From IMG/VR virus record IMGVR_UViG_3300030103_005357, positions 41,624 through 105,623 of that record: a DNA stretch of 64,000 nt. One strand, 5' to 3'. Both the position numbers and the translations under genes were made by a program. Source of the stretch: a virus. This document shows positions 1 to 9,687 of the stretch, piece after piece (positions within the stretch are counted from its first letter, which is position 1; the number at the start of each line of letters is the position of its first letter). The notes below the pieces were generated by a model, which ran no database searches, had not been told where the DNA came from, and saw nothing but the letters and a program-made list of their open reading frames with translations.

Positions 1-143
1 AATTTGTAATCGCGGTAATGGGCATAGTCGGGACACTTGCGTTTTTCGCGCCAGAAGATAGCAAGTTAAGTAGATTGCTTAACAAAATCACTGGAAGATT
101 GTCAAAATTTAAAGACTACTTACTTAAAAAACTTAAAAAATGA
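1..143 (+). CDS. 3' part of a small membrane protein (possibly holin-like), truncated by window edge
   Basis: Reads ...VIAVMGIVGTLAFFAPEDSKLSRLLNKITGRLSKFKDYLLKKLKK; stop overlaps next ATG (ATGA). Confidence 0.35.
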   Translation, partial: FVIAVMGIVGTLAFFAPEDSKLSRLLNKITGRLSKFKDYLLKKLKK

Positions 144-874
144 AAAAATTAATACCCCTGCTATTACCAATATTTGTTATATCCTGCTTTTGTAAAGCAG
201 CTATTGTCACCTTTACAGGTGGGACAGCAGACTTAGAATCAGGTGGCACTATCATCACAACTACAACTTCTCAAAATTATGGGGTCATTAGCTATCAAGA
301 ACAATCTGTTATCCTTGAATATGTTTCACCCACCGAAGATTGGAGTTTTCAGACTGTAGGTGATTATTATGATGTGGGGAATGATGTCATTCACGGTCAT
401 TGGACCGCAATCTCTGCTATAGAGATATCTCTTCAAAATAACAACCCTTTCGATTTACAGTATTTTCAAATAACTTCGAATACTTCTGTTGGTGGGCAAC
501 CAGCTACAAATGAAGAAAATATAGGTATTCAAGGCTACTTAAATGGTTCTTCTGTTACGGAGATATACGCTTTACCCAGCGTAGATTGGGGTGCAGCAAG
601 CACTAGAGATGTTTTCCTGCCCAGCTCTTTTGATAACGTCGATAAAGTAGTTATCTTTGATAGGGGTGTATCAGGAACTCACACTGGAAATTCAAGCTGT
701 CCTGAGTGCGGTAATTCAGGTTTCTGTTTTGGGATGGATAATTTTGTGTTTGATGAAGCTGTTCCCAATTCTCTTGTTCAAGGTAATGGGACTACATTAC
801 CAGTAGTCCCAGAAGCTAATTCTTTACTTTTTTTAACTTTATCTTTGCTACCTCTACTCAGAAGGAGGCGCTAA
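140..874 (+). CDS. Secreted protein with PEP-CTERM-type sorting signal
   Basis: N-terminal signal peptide; C-terminus VVPEANS-LLFLTLSLLPLL-RRRR (VPE motif, hydrophobic helix, Arg cluster). Confidence 0.8.
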   Translation: MKKLIPLLLPIFVISCFCKAAIVTFTGGTADLESGGTIITTTTSQNYGVISYQEQSVILEYVSPTEDWSFQTVGDYYDVGNDVIHGHWTAISAIEISLQNNNPFDLQYFQITSNTSVGGQPATNEENIGIQGYLNGSSVTEIYALPSVDWGAASTRDVFLPSSFDNVDKVVIFDRGVSGTHTGNSSCPECGNSGFCFGMDNFVFDEAVPNSLVQGNGTTLPVVPEANSLLFLTLSLLPLLRRRR

Positions 875-1168
875 TTATTGATTGTAAAGTTCTCGCTCTA
901 ACTTCCTATAACGAGCGTCTGAATGCCAAACTTCGTTAGTTTGGGGAGTGTAAACCCCTTCCTCAGTCTGAATCGGCTGACCCGCCTTGAGCTTCAAGGA
1001 AGACGGCTGATATATGTTTAAACTGCTTGTTTTCGGTGAGGAGCTGCCCCCGCAAGAAGTCAGCACGATCATTGGACTCATTGTCGCCAATAGCGCGTAG
1101 CCTTTCAATTTCTTCGATAAATTCATTTTTCTGTTTATTATGCTTTTCTGTGATTTCAAAAAACGCAA
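875..1168 (-). CDS. Small lipoprotein, possible outer-membrane spanin (Rz1-like); true start probably internal
   Basis: Lipobox-like VLTSC followed by Gly/Ser linker; overlaps 963..1229 in another frame. Confidence 0.45.
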   Translation of the reverse strand: MRFLKSQKSIINRKMNLSKKLKGYALLATMSPMIVLTSCGGSSSPKTSSLNIYQPSSLKLKAGQPIQTEEGVYTPQTNEVWHSDARYRKLERELYNQ

Positions 1169-1229
1169 GTTTGTTCCTCAAGGCGAGATACAACTCAATG
1201 CTTTTTAAGATAGATTTGACCAGAGACAT
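963..1229 (-). CDS. Coiled-coil protein, possible inner-membrane spanin (Rz-like)
   Basis: Helical protein overlapping the lipoprotein ORF; N-terminal hydrophobic stretch is weak. Confidence 0.35.
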   Translation of the reverse strand: MSLVKSILKSIELYLALRNKLAFFEITEKHNKQKNEFIEEIERLRAIGDNESNDRADFLRGQLLTENKQFKHISAVFLEAQGGSADSD

Positions 1230-1401
1230 TACTTTGTTTGTTTTTTACTGTTAAAAATCTCTTTTTCCCCATCATCTTCTACAACTTTTACTGAGCCAGA
1301 GACATATTTGGCACAATTAATTGCTTCATCCTTTAAAAGGTAAGAGTGATGATATTTTTTTCTTTTATCGTATACACGATATTTTACTAATTCTTGATTC
1401 A

Positions 1402-2097
1402 TTATGGTTTGAATTCTAAAGTTATATTCGCTACAAATGTTTTATCGTCAGAGATCATTCCTTCAATTAGACACTTACCTTCTCGCAAGGAAACGCGCTT
1501 TCCGTCAAAAAGATACTTCTGTTCATCAATACTGATTTGAGTAACACAAACATTTTTACCTGATTCAACGTTGATTATATCATAATCTACAATTTTGTCT
1601 TGCAGATGTTTGCTGAGATCATTTGTGCCTACTACTTTAAGCTGTTTTTTCATCTTTTCTGTATTATACCATAGGACAGTTTGGTCCTTATTATTTAATA
1701 TTATAGCTCTTTTATCGTATCTATCTATCCATTTTTTATAAAAATCTACTTTAAATGTCCTTCTAATCTCTGACTTAAAGTATTTTCCATTTTTTTGTCG
1801 GACATGATCTAATATTCCATGAAAAGCTTTTATTTTGGTTGAATTTGAGCCGCGCCTATTACTAAATAAAAACTGTATATGATTATAATTTTCACGTTCT
1901 TTTAAAAAAACGTAACAAATATCGTCGCAGTAGTAAATCTCACAATCGCTACAGAACTCGTTAAAGTACCTTTTAGCTGCTGCTACCCTCATAGTTCTAG
2001 ATCCAGAACAAAAAAAGTTATAAGGCTTAGATCTCAAACAGAAATCGAGAAAGTCATCCCAAGCCTCTTCTTTGTGGATTAATTGTTTAATTATCAT
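1402..2097 (-). CDS. Hypothetical protein
   Basis: 231-aa ORF, divergent from tail tip operon. Confidence 0.6.
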   Translation of the reverse strand: MIIKQLIHKEEAWDDFLDFCLRSKPYNFFCSGSRTMRVAAAKRYFNEFCSDCEIYYCDDICYVFLKERENYNHIQFLFSNRRGSNSTKIKAFHGILDHVRQKNGKYFKSEIRRTFKVDFYKKWIDRYDKRAIILNNKDQTVLWYNTEKMKKQLKVVGTNDLSKHLQDKIVDYDIINVESGKNVCVTQISIDEQKYLFDGKRVSLREGKCLIEGMISDDKTFVANITLEFKP

Positions 2098-2137
2098 TTC
2101 TACAGGTTATAATAGTAGAAAAGGTGTAATATTAAAC

Positions 2138-4198
2138 ATGGCGGTTGAAGGAAAAAATGAAGTAGCAAGAAGTCTATTGGATTTGCAGCCAACTGCAATT
2201 CTAGAACTGTATAAACTGTTTCCAGATACGGTGGATTCACCCTCTACCTTCTTGAGTTTTCATGGGGGTTCCATTTTCGGTGAAAATGTAATTTGGCAAG
2301 GTGTACAATACATGCCGATCCCTGTAGAAGCTGGGGGTTTCGGGGTGTTTGGAGATGGAACTTTGCCAAGACCTAAAATTAAAGTTGGCAACAATAACAA
2401 GATTGTTAGCTATTTTTTAGCTAAATATAAAGATTTTAAAAACGCCCAATTATTTAGAAAAAAAGTTTTTGTAAAACATTTAGATGATGTGAATTTTGAG
2501 GGGGCTAACCCTTTTGGATTAGCAAACTCTGATTCTGAAATTTCAGAAGAGAAGTATTACATAGGTCAGAAAACACAAGAAAACAAATCTTTTGTTGAGT
2601 TTGAATTAAATTTACCCTTAGATCTAGATAACTTCGATGTTAATCATAGGACTGTAAATGCCAAATATTGTTATTGGCAGTATAGGGGGTTAGGATGTCA
2701 GTATAAAGGTTTACCAGTAGAGAGGGAAGATGGATCGGCTTTCACTGACACCAATAATAACTTTATAACCTTAAATACTAACGAAGAATTTAATTTCGAA
2801 AATCGATTTTATCAACACGATTCTGTTTATTCTGTTGGTGAATCCGTTTTTATTGAAGATAAATCAATTATTTTGAGTACAAATGAACTTGATGAACCTA
2901 TATTCCATAGAACTTGGTATGTATGCTCACAAGATAATTCAGGGCAGCATCCAGAAGGCAACCCCTCATTTTGGCAGAAAGATGGTTGTACCAAAAAGAT
3001 AGAGGCTTGTCAAAAGCGTTTTTCTAGTAAAAGTTTAGTAAAAAAATTCATTGGAGATGAAGAGGCGACATCTGATTATTTAAATTTACACAAAACAGGT
3101 GCAGCTTCATTTGCTACGATTGATGCGAATGCGACAGGAGCTTTTACTGGAGACTTTTGGACTTTATCAATGTGGGTTCGCGGAGAAGAACAACACTTTA
3201 CACAGGGATATATAGACGACAGCCACAATATTCATTTCAATGCTATAACATACACGCTCAAGTGGCGCAACCCCGTTGTTTTTGCGACTCATGAATTACC
3301 GAGAACAGAACAAGTTGGCGATGGTGAGTTTGATGAGGGTAATGAGTTCAAGCCAAATCAAAATGGCACGTTTGGCGATGCTAATAGTTTAGTCAGAGCG
3401 AACTTACACTTTTCAAGCCGCATAGGTGAAGATCAAGGTGTTTACTTAGATTTAGCCACGCCTACAGAAGATGGGACAAAAAACAAATTAACTCAAGTCC
3501 CAAGTAAAATAGCATCTAAAGATAAGTTCCATTGCCTTGTTTTTAGAAAAGAGTTTGATTCGACAAACAATAAATCAACAATAGATATTCTAGTCAATCC
3601 TCAAAAAAACCAATATGGGCATACTGTTTACTCCAACAAATCAAGAATAAATATTGATAACGGTACGGCTGGAGTTGATCTTATTTCGTTATTCTCTGAC
3701 AAAACAGGCGAGTTGGATGACTCGATTTGTTTTGGGGGCGATATAGCCCAAGCTTGCCTTTGGTCAGGCAGACTTAATGACGATGAAGTTTGTCACATAG
3801 GGTCTACAAATTCAGTATCAGATTTAGAAGTGTTTTTAACTGATGATGGTTTACAAAAAGCGACTCGTAATTACTGCGATTATCTCCCTCTAAGATACAA
3901 TGAGGCGACTGGTTACTTATCCCCTCTTACAGGTTCGGATAGGCTTTGTTTTTGGTATGATATGCAGACAGGGTTAAGCTCTAGTAAGCTTATTCTTATA
4001 GACGAGTCTCATAATAATCACGATATGACGGGTTTTGGAACGACAGGAGAATTTGAAAAACGTACGATAGAATATAAAAAAGGTGAATTTATAGAGTTCG
4101 TTCCCAACCAAAACGCTCAATTTAAACTTCCCTTCGGGGGGTTCCCCGGAACAGATGGATTCGATTATAGATCTCAAGGATCTCAAAACAATATATAA
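2138..4198 (+). CDS. Minor tail protein L (lambda gpL-like) with inserted LamG/ConA-like domain
   Basis: GTLPRPKI, CYWQYRGLGC, GCTKKIEACQKRF and terminal LPFGGFPG motifs; start moved to ATG 2138 after GTGTAA motif. Confidence 0.85.
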   Translation: MAVEGKNEVARSLLDLQPTAILELYKLFPDTVDSPSTFLSFHGGSIFGENVIWQGVQYMPIPVEAGGFGVFGDGTLPRPKIKVGNNNKIVSYFLAKYKDFKNAQLFRKKVFVKHLDDVNFEGANPFGLANSDSEISEEKYYIGQKTQENKSFVEFELNLPLDLDNFDVNHRTVNAKYCYWQYRGLGCQYKGLPVEREDGSAFTDTNNNFITLNTNEEFNFENRFYQHDSVYSVGESVFIEDKSIILSTNELDEPIFHRTWYVCSQDNSGQHPEGNPSFWQKDGCTKKIEACQKRFSSKSLVKKFIGDEEATSDYLNLHKTGAASFATIDANATGAFTGDFWTLSMWVRGEEQHFTQGYIDDSHNIHFNAITYTLKWRNPVVFATHELPRTEQVGDGEFDEGNEFKPNQNGTFGDANSLVRANLHFSSRIGEDQGVYLDLATPTEDGTKNKLTQVPSKIASKDKFHCLVFRKEFDSTNNKSTIDILVNPQKNQYGHTVYSNKSRINIDNGTAGVDLISLFSDKTGELDDSICFGGDIAQACLWSGRLNDDEVCHIGSTNSVSDLEVFLTDDGLQKATRNYCDYLPLRYNEATGYLSPLTGSDRLCFWYDMQTGLSSSKLILIDESHNNHDMTGFGTTGEFEKRTIEYKKGEFIEFVPNQNAQFKLPFGGFPGTDGFDYRSQGSQNNI

Positions 4199-4200
4199 AT

Positions 4201-4590
4201 ATGAAAGATGCTTTACAAGTGATAGTTGATGAGTCGGAATCTAACCCTTTTATAGAAATATGTGGTTTTTTAGGGTTCGATAGAAAAAAAGAGACTTATG
4301 TAGTCCAGAATGAAAAAAATATATCCCAAGACCCTTCAGAGTATTTCATGATTGATCCTCTTAATTATTTAATTTTTAAAGAGAAGTATGATTTATTAGC
4401 GGTTTACCATAGCCACATCAATGCAGATGCTGAACCATCAGAGTTTGACGTAAAAATGTCAAATAATTGCTGCATACCATTTTTAATATATAGTATTGAA
4501 ACTAAAAAATTCAATCTTTTTGAGCCGCAAAATCTAGAAACAGATGTAAATATATATAATAGGTTTAAGGAGGATTATGACAATTATTAG
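4201..4590 (+). CDS. Tail assembly protein K-like, JAB/MPN domain only
   Basis: EICG...YHSH...PSEFD JAMM motif; located between L and I. Confidence 0.85.
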   Translation: MKDALQVIVDESESNPFIEICGFLGFDRKKETYVVQNEKNISQDPSEYFMIDPLNYLIFKEKYDLLAVYHSHINADAEPSEFDVKMSNNCCIPFLIYSIETKKFNLFEPQNLETDVNIYNRFKEDYDNY

Positions 4591-5164
4591 ATTACATGGG
4601 ATTTTAGCTCAAAAGTACGGCGAGGCGTTCGAAATGGACATTGGTAAGTCTAGAGATGTTATTAGAGCTATTGACGCTAATAGGGATGGTTTTAGAAAAA
4701 CTATAGTAGATTTACAAAAAGAAGGTTTCTCATACGAAATTTTAGTTAATAAAAAAAGACTTAATAAAAATGAGTTTTTAAATAGTAAAAAACCACAAGA
4801 GATAGATCTTGTGCCGTTTATTGTTGGGTCTGGTATCCACTTATTAGTAGCTGTAACTGTAGCAGTGGTTTCAGCTGCAATCCAGTATGCTTTAATGGAC
4901 CCCGGCACTATTGATGGGGGATCAATGACTGTAGGTAAAGATAGCGGTTCGATGATGTTTGCCACTAGCCAAATTAATCTTACCGCTCAAGGCTCCCCTC
5001 TTCCTATTGGTTACGGTAGGTTAAAAGTTGGGTCAAGCGTGGTTCAAGCTTCAGTTAAGTCGCTTCCACAGACGGCGGATTCTTTTGAGAGTATGACTAA
5101 TAACCCTTTTGAAACCACCTACGATGAAGGCTTTGACATTTTTGACTCAAAACGGAAATCATGA
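4577..5164 (+). CDS. Tail assembly protein I (lambda gpI-like)
   Basis: IRLHGILAQKYG N-terminus; QGSPLPIGYGRLKVGS motif. Confidence 0.85.
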   Translation: MTIIRLHGILAQKYGEAFEMDIGKSRDVIRAIDANRDGFRKTIVDLQKEGFSYEILVNKKRLNKNEFLNSKKPQEIDLVPFIVGSGIHLLVAVTVAVVSAAIQYALMDPGTIDGGSMTVGKDSGSMMFATSQINLTAQGSPLPIGYGRLKVGSSVVQASVKSLPQTADSFESMTNNPFETTYDEGFDIFDSKRKS

Positions 5165-8100
5165 ATCATTTATCTAGAAAGAAAAAACTCTACGGGGCAG
5201 GTTCGAAAAAGCCTAAAGTAAAACCTGCTGTCCTGCTTCCCCCTAAAATAGGAGAGTATCAATTCGAATCTTCTTTCAGTTATGTTGAAACTTTAGATTT
5301 AATATCGGATGGGCCAATTGAGGGTTTAGTAAATAATAAAGGGAGCCTTTTGTTTAAAAACGAGCAGTCTAAAGGTGTTTATCTTAATGAGACTCCAGTT
5401 TCTACATCCGAAGGCACAGAAGAAGAGCCTGAACATGAGCGATCCCTAAAAAATGATACTTCCGTTTCCAAAGATATACAAACTTTTGCGAACTTAATAT
5501 CAGGAAAATCTCTAATTGCTCATGTTACACATGTAGAAACCGATAACGTTGGCCCGTTTGGTGTAGGCGCACACAAGCAGTATTTCTTAACATTAAGAGA
5601 TTTGGTTGTAGGGGAGCGAACGCCGATTCTTTTTGGCTTTGACGCAAATTTTTTTCCTGATGCGGATGGTGATGGAATTCCTGAGTTGTTCACCGAGCTA
5701 ACTAAAAGTTTTAGCTTAACCACCAGATCATATGTGTATATTACGGACATAAATGATAGAAAGGAAAACTACTTTGCGATATTCATGAACAAGAATACAA
5801 TAAATAATTCTGATTTATTTGTATGTTTGTCTAAGTTTGACTATAAAAAGTTTAGGGATCGCAGTAATCCATTTGAGAAGAATGACGGACTCCTTCGTTG
5901 CGCTAATGAGATTATTAAAAAGAAGTTCAATCTCACTGGAGTAGCCCTTAACATGCTTAAGCAGGAGCCTCCAGCAGCGCACATATTAACTCAGATTTTA
6001 GAAGCTTACGATAGTTATGGCCCGACTTCTGACGGGGGTGAACCCTCAAACCCTTTTATGAGAAAGCTTATAATGCATAAACTACAAAAGGTGTTTTCAA
6101 ATCTTTCTGTAGGAAAGGGCGAAGTTTTTAAAATAGATGAGGTAGCAAGCGGTGAGATCTCAGCTAAAGAATTGATTCGTGATCTTTTGGAGGTGATATG
6201 GAGAGTTGGTTACATGATTATGTATATTCCAGATAGGGATATATTACATGGTATAGGAGAGGCTCAATTCACAGACCCAAGGGAGGTTTCTCTTATACCT
6301 ACCGAGGCTGACGGCAAATATTCACCGATGTATGGCCGAAGAGAATACAATGATTTGTTGATTCCGATCTGTGATGCAGATGGAAAACTCGAACAAAACG
6401 CTGATATATTAGGAGCCGCATTTATAATTGTCAGGCTTCCGTGGAGGGGGGCAAGTGTAAACCCATACTCAATTGAACCAGCTACTTTCGATGTTGATGG
6501 GTTATCAACACTAAAAAAGATTACAAAGTTAACGGTGGCTCAAGTACGACAAAACGCTGATATTAGTAATTTTAGATATAATTATAATAATGTTTTAATT
6601 GAATCTAGAAACGGGGAAGAGTATCAAGAACCATTTAGATTTTTTAATAAAATTTATATTGATAAAACTATAAACAAGGCGATTTATGGGCCTTATAGAT
6701 CGTTTGGTCAAGTTCAAAGGGTAGATGGTTCATTTTTCACCAAATCCACTTTAGCGATACGTGGGCCAAGTTCAATAGGTTTTAATGAGGGTGAGATGGG
6801 GCCAGACCCTGATCCGGGAGAAAAACCATTTCGAGGTAATGACGGGCTTCCTATCGGGGAAGGCAGTAATGATAATGCGCGTCTAACTAACGCAGATTAT
6901 AATTCATGGAGCGAGGATGGAAATTCATTCGGTCTAGATGAGGCGGAGTCGCCATCAGTTTATTACGTCAATAACCCAAATGTCTCTGAAGTTTTTGTTA
7001 CATTAAAAGTGGATGCTCTTCGTGATACAGCAGAAGGACTCTTAAGGGGTGGAGATCCTGAAAGCAATGATTCGTTTAAGGCTGGAGACAAATTGCCAGC
7101 TATTTTGAACATTCAGATTGAAGTGGGTAAAGTTACCTCCGAAGGATTACAGAAACCAACATTAACAAAAAATTATAGGATTGCAGCCCTTATAGAAGGA
7201 ACAACCCTTATTGATATAGGTAACCCAGATAACACAAACAGACCCAATGAAACTAAATCCGTTTCTGAACTTAGTGGCGGCGTACCAAAAAGTTCTCCTC
7301 TTGATAACGTTTTCGGGCCGCAGCTTGAATTTAAGGGCGGCGCTGACTTAGCTACGCCATTCCCACTGCCAAGAGTCAATGACTACTCATTAAACAATTC
7401 TTACTCTTCCCCAGAAAAACGGTATGTTAAAGTAAGAAAGTTGTCAACGGAGACGTTTTCAGTCTTAATATCTAAGGATGTAGCGGTTCAAAAAGTAACG
7501 GAGATTATTCCTGTTAATTTAACTTATCCATTTTCCGCTATTATAGGGACAAAGATTGATTCCAAAAGCTTTGGTCGCTTACCATCAAGATCTTTCGATG
7601 CTAGATTAAAATTAATTCAAATTCCATCAAACTATCACCCAACTGAAGAATTCCACAGAAGAAAAGATAAAAGGTATTATGATACTACGTCTGAATTCGA
7701 AAATGCTTCAAAAGAAAAGAAATCCATATATCAAGGAGACTGGAATGGGGCATTTAAAATTGGTTGGACTGACAATCCAGCTTGGATTCTATACGATCTT
7801 CTGACGAATACTCGATACGGTTTAGGCAGATATTTAGAGGAGAATGACATTAATAAATGGGAACTTTACAAGATTGGCAGATTCTGTGATGCTGTAGATT
7901 CAAATGGCGACTTTGAAGGAGTCCCAGATGGCAGGGGAGGTTTAGAGCCTAGATACTCTTGTAATATAATGCTCAACAGTAATGAAAAAGTTTTTGATTC
8001 TATACAGCTCATATCAAAATTATTTAGGGGGCAAACTTTCTTTAGAGCTTCAGAAGTCTCATTCGTTGATGAAAGAATAAAATCTCCCATAGCTACATTT

Positions 8101-9687
8101 AGCAATAATAATGTAAAAGATGGGGCATTTAATTACTCAAACCTAAGAAGGGATCAACAATTCAACACCGCCGAGGTCTCCTATTTAGATAGATTTGAAA
8201 ACTTCACTCCGAAAGTTGAAGTTGTTGAGGATGAGGAGGATATTAGAAGCAGGGGTGTATTTAAAAACAGGATCGATGGTTTGGGTGTGACATCTAGGGC
8301 TATGGCTAGAAGAATTGGCCAACATTTAATTTACAGGACCATTAAAGAAAATCAAAGGGTAGCATTCATTTCTGGTTTAGAAGCTTTACTGTGTCAGCCC
8401 GGGGATCTTATTATTGTTGACGACGACTTAAAAAACGAAAAATCTAACTTCGGTAAGGTTCTTAGTGTTGATGCAGCTAATCAATATATTCAATTAAGTG
8501 GTCCATTTTTTTCTGACTCTATGACTGGGATATTAACCGTATATAACCCCACGGGAGAAAACTCAATCGAACATCTGGGCGATATCGCTCAAACAAAAAG
8601 AGCCAGAACAGATACTTTTACTATTACTAGTTCGCCAGCACCCTCCTTTAATATTTACACTGGATTATATAATTTTTCAGGGTACACAGATGGTTATACA
8701 GATACTAATATTGAATCATTAAGACTGTTTTCTGAGTATGCTTTGTATACAGGTACTGGAGACAACATGTTATACTTTGGCACAGGTTATACAGGTTGGA
8801 CATTTGCAACAGGTCTTGAAGAAGTACATAGGTCTTTTGTAGCTAAATCAACAGGTGTTCAGAATCTGGATCAATTAAATACTGGATTTATTTCGTCTTA
8901 TAATAATGGTGTGCCTGACAAAAGAGGAGGAACAGATATTGATATTTCAGGCTTATTGAGTGGCGATCTTAACGAGTTAAATACTAGGGGTATCCTAGAG
9001 TCAGAAATAGCTCAAAATTCACAACCTCATATTACAACTTTTAATGTTACAACAGCTGGCGTTGGTGATGGATTCGGCTTTGCGAGCGGGGTAGATAATC
9101 CTGAAGTTTTGCCGTTTATCAAGTTGGGTAGCCCATATAGATTTGATTTAAAAGATGGGGATAACACCTTATATAAGATTGACTCGATTAAAGAAAATAA
9201 TCCTAACGAATATTTAGTATCTGCGGCTAAGTTTGATACTGGTAAGTTTTCATTAATTGAAAACAGTATATCTTTGGATAGGAAAGAAAATACATACGAC
9301 TTTAATGTAGCAACTCAGATTGGTGACACAATTTTCAAGAACTTGAGTGCGCCATCAGGTTTATCTCTTATTACTGGTGAAGGCACAGAAACATCCTCTT
9401 TCTTTATAAGTGGCGATTGGTCTGGGTCAGCAGAAGATGAAAGTTATGAAGTGGTTCTAAGTCGCCCTAATGGTGGGAGAGTCTCAGTTAATGTGCCAGA
9501 CAAAAACGTTAAGTTTGATAATTTATTTTCTATAGGAAACTACGCTTTAAGTGTAAAGGCTATTGGGAATTCTGTAGGATCGACAAAAACCTCAGATTCG
9601 GAGTTCTCAACCGAAAGCATATTCGTCCTTCACCAAGAGCTAGAAGAATTCGACAGATCTTTTATAACAAATATAACATTTAAATAA
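5161..9687 (+). CDS. Tail tip / host specificity protein J
   Basis: LDLISDGPIEGLV, WTDNPAWILYDLLTNTRYGLG, YCD-like FCDAV, EPRYSCN; 1508 aa. Confidence 0.9.
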   Translation: MNHLSRKKKLYGAGSKKPKVKPAVLLPPKIGEYQFESSFSYVETLDLISDGPIEGLVNNKGSLLFKNEQSKGVYLNETPVSTSEGTEEEPEHERSLKNDTSVSKDIQTFANLISGKSLIAHVTHVETDNVGPFGVGAHKQYFLTLRDLVVGERTPILFGFDANFFPDADGDGIPELFTELTKSFSLTTRSYVYITDINDRKENYFAIFMNKNTINNSDLFVCLSKFDYKKFRDRSNPFEKNDGLLRCANEIIKKKFNLTGVALNMLKQEPPAAHILTQILEAYDSYGPTSDGGEPSNPFMRKLIMHKLQKVFSNLSVGKGEVFKIDEVASGEISAKELIRDLLEVIWRVGYMIMYIPDRDILHGIGEAQFTDPREVSLIPTEADGKYSPMYGRREYNDLLIPICDADGKLEQNADILGAAFIIVRLPWRGASVNPYSIEPATFDVDGLSTLKKITKLTVAQVRQNADISNFRYNYNNVLIESRNGEEYQEPFRFFNKIYIDKTINKAIYGPYRSFGQVQRVDGSFFTKSTLAIRGPSSIGFNEGEMGPDPDPGEKPFRGNDGLPIGEGSNDNARLTNADYNSWSEDGNSFGLDEAESPSVYYVNNPNVSEVFVTLKVDALRDTAEGLLRGGDPESNDSFKAGDKLPAILNIQIEVGKVTSEGLQKPTLTKNYRIAALIEGTTLIDIGNPDNTNRPNETKSVSELSGGVPKSSPLDNVFGPQLEFKGGADLATPFPLPRVNDYSLNNSYSSPEKRYVKVRKLSTETFSVLISKDVAVQKVTEIIPVNLTYPFSAIIGTKIDSKSFGRLPSRSFDARLKLIQIPSNYHPTEEFHRRKDKRYYDTTSEFENASKEKKSIYQGDWNGAFKIGWTDNPAWILYDLLTNTRYGLGRYLEENDINKWELYKIGRFCDAVDSNGDFEGVPDGRGGLEPRYSCNIMLNSNEKVFDSIQLISKLFRGQTFFRASEVSFVDERIKSPIATFSNNNVKDGAFNYSNLRRDQQFNTAEVSYLDRFENFTPKVEVVEDEEDIRSRGVFKNRIDGLGVTSRAMARRIGQHLIYRTIKENQRVAFISGLEALLCQPGDLIIVDDDLKNEKSNFGKVLSVDAANQYIQLSGPFFSDSMTGILTVYNPTGENSIEHLGDIAQTKRARTDTFTITSSPAPSFNIYTGLYNFSGYTDGYTDTNIESLRLFSEYALYTGTGDNMLYFGTGYTGWTFATGLEEVHRSFVAKSTGVQNLDQLNTGFISSYNNGVPDKRGGTDIDISGLLSGDLNELNTRGILESEIAQNSQPHITTFNVTTAGVGDGFGFASGVDNPEVLPFIKLGSPYRFDLKDGDNTLYKIDSIKENNPNEYLVSAAKFDTGKFSLIENSISLDRKENTYDFNVATQIGDTIFKNLSAPSGLSLITGEGTETSSFFISGDWSGSAEDESYEVVLSRPNGGRVSVNVPDKNVKFDNLFSIGNYALSVKAIGNSVGSTKTSDSEFSTESIFVLHQELEEFDRSFITNITFK

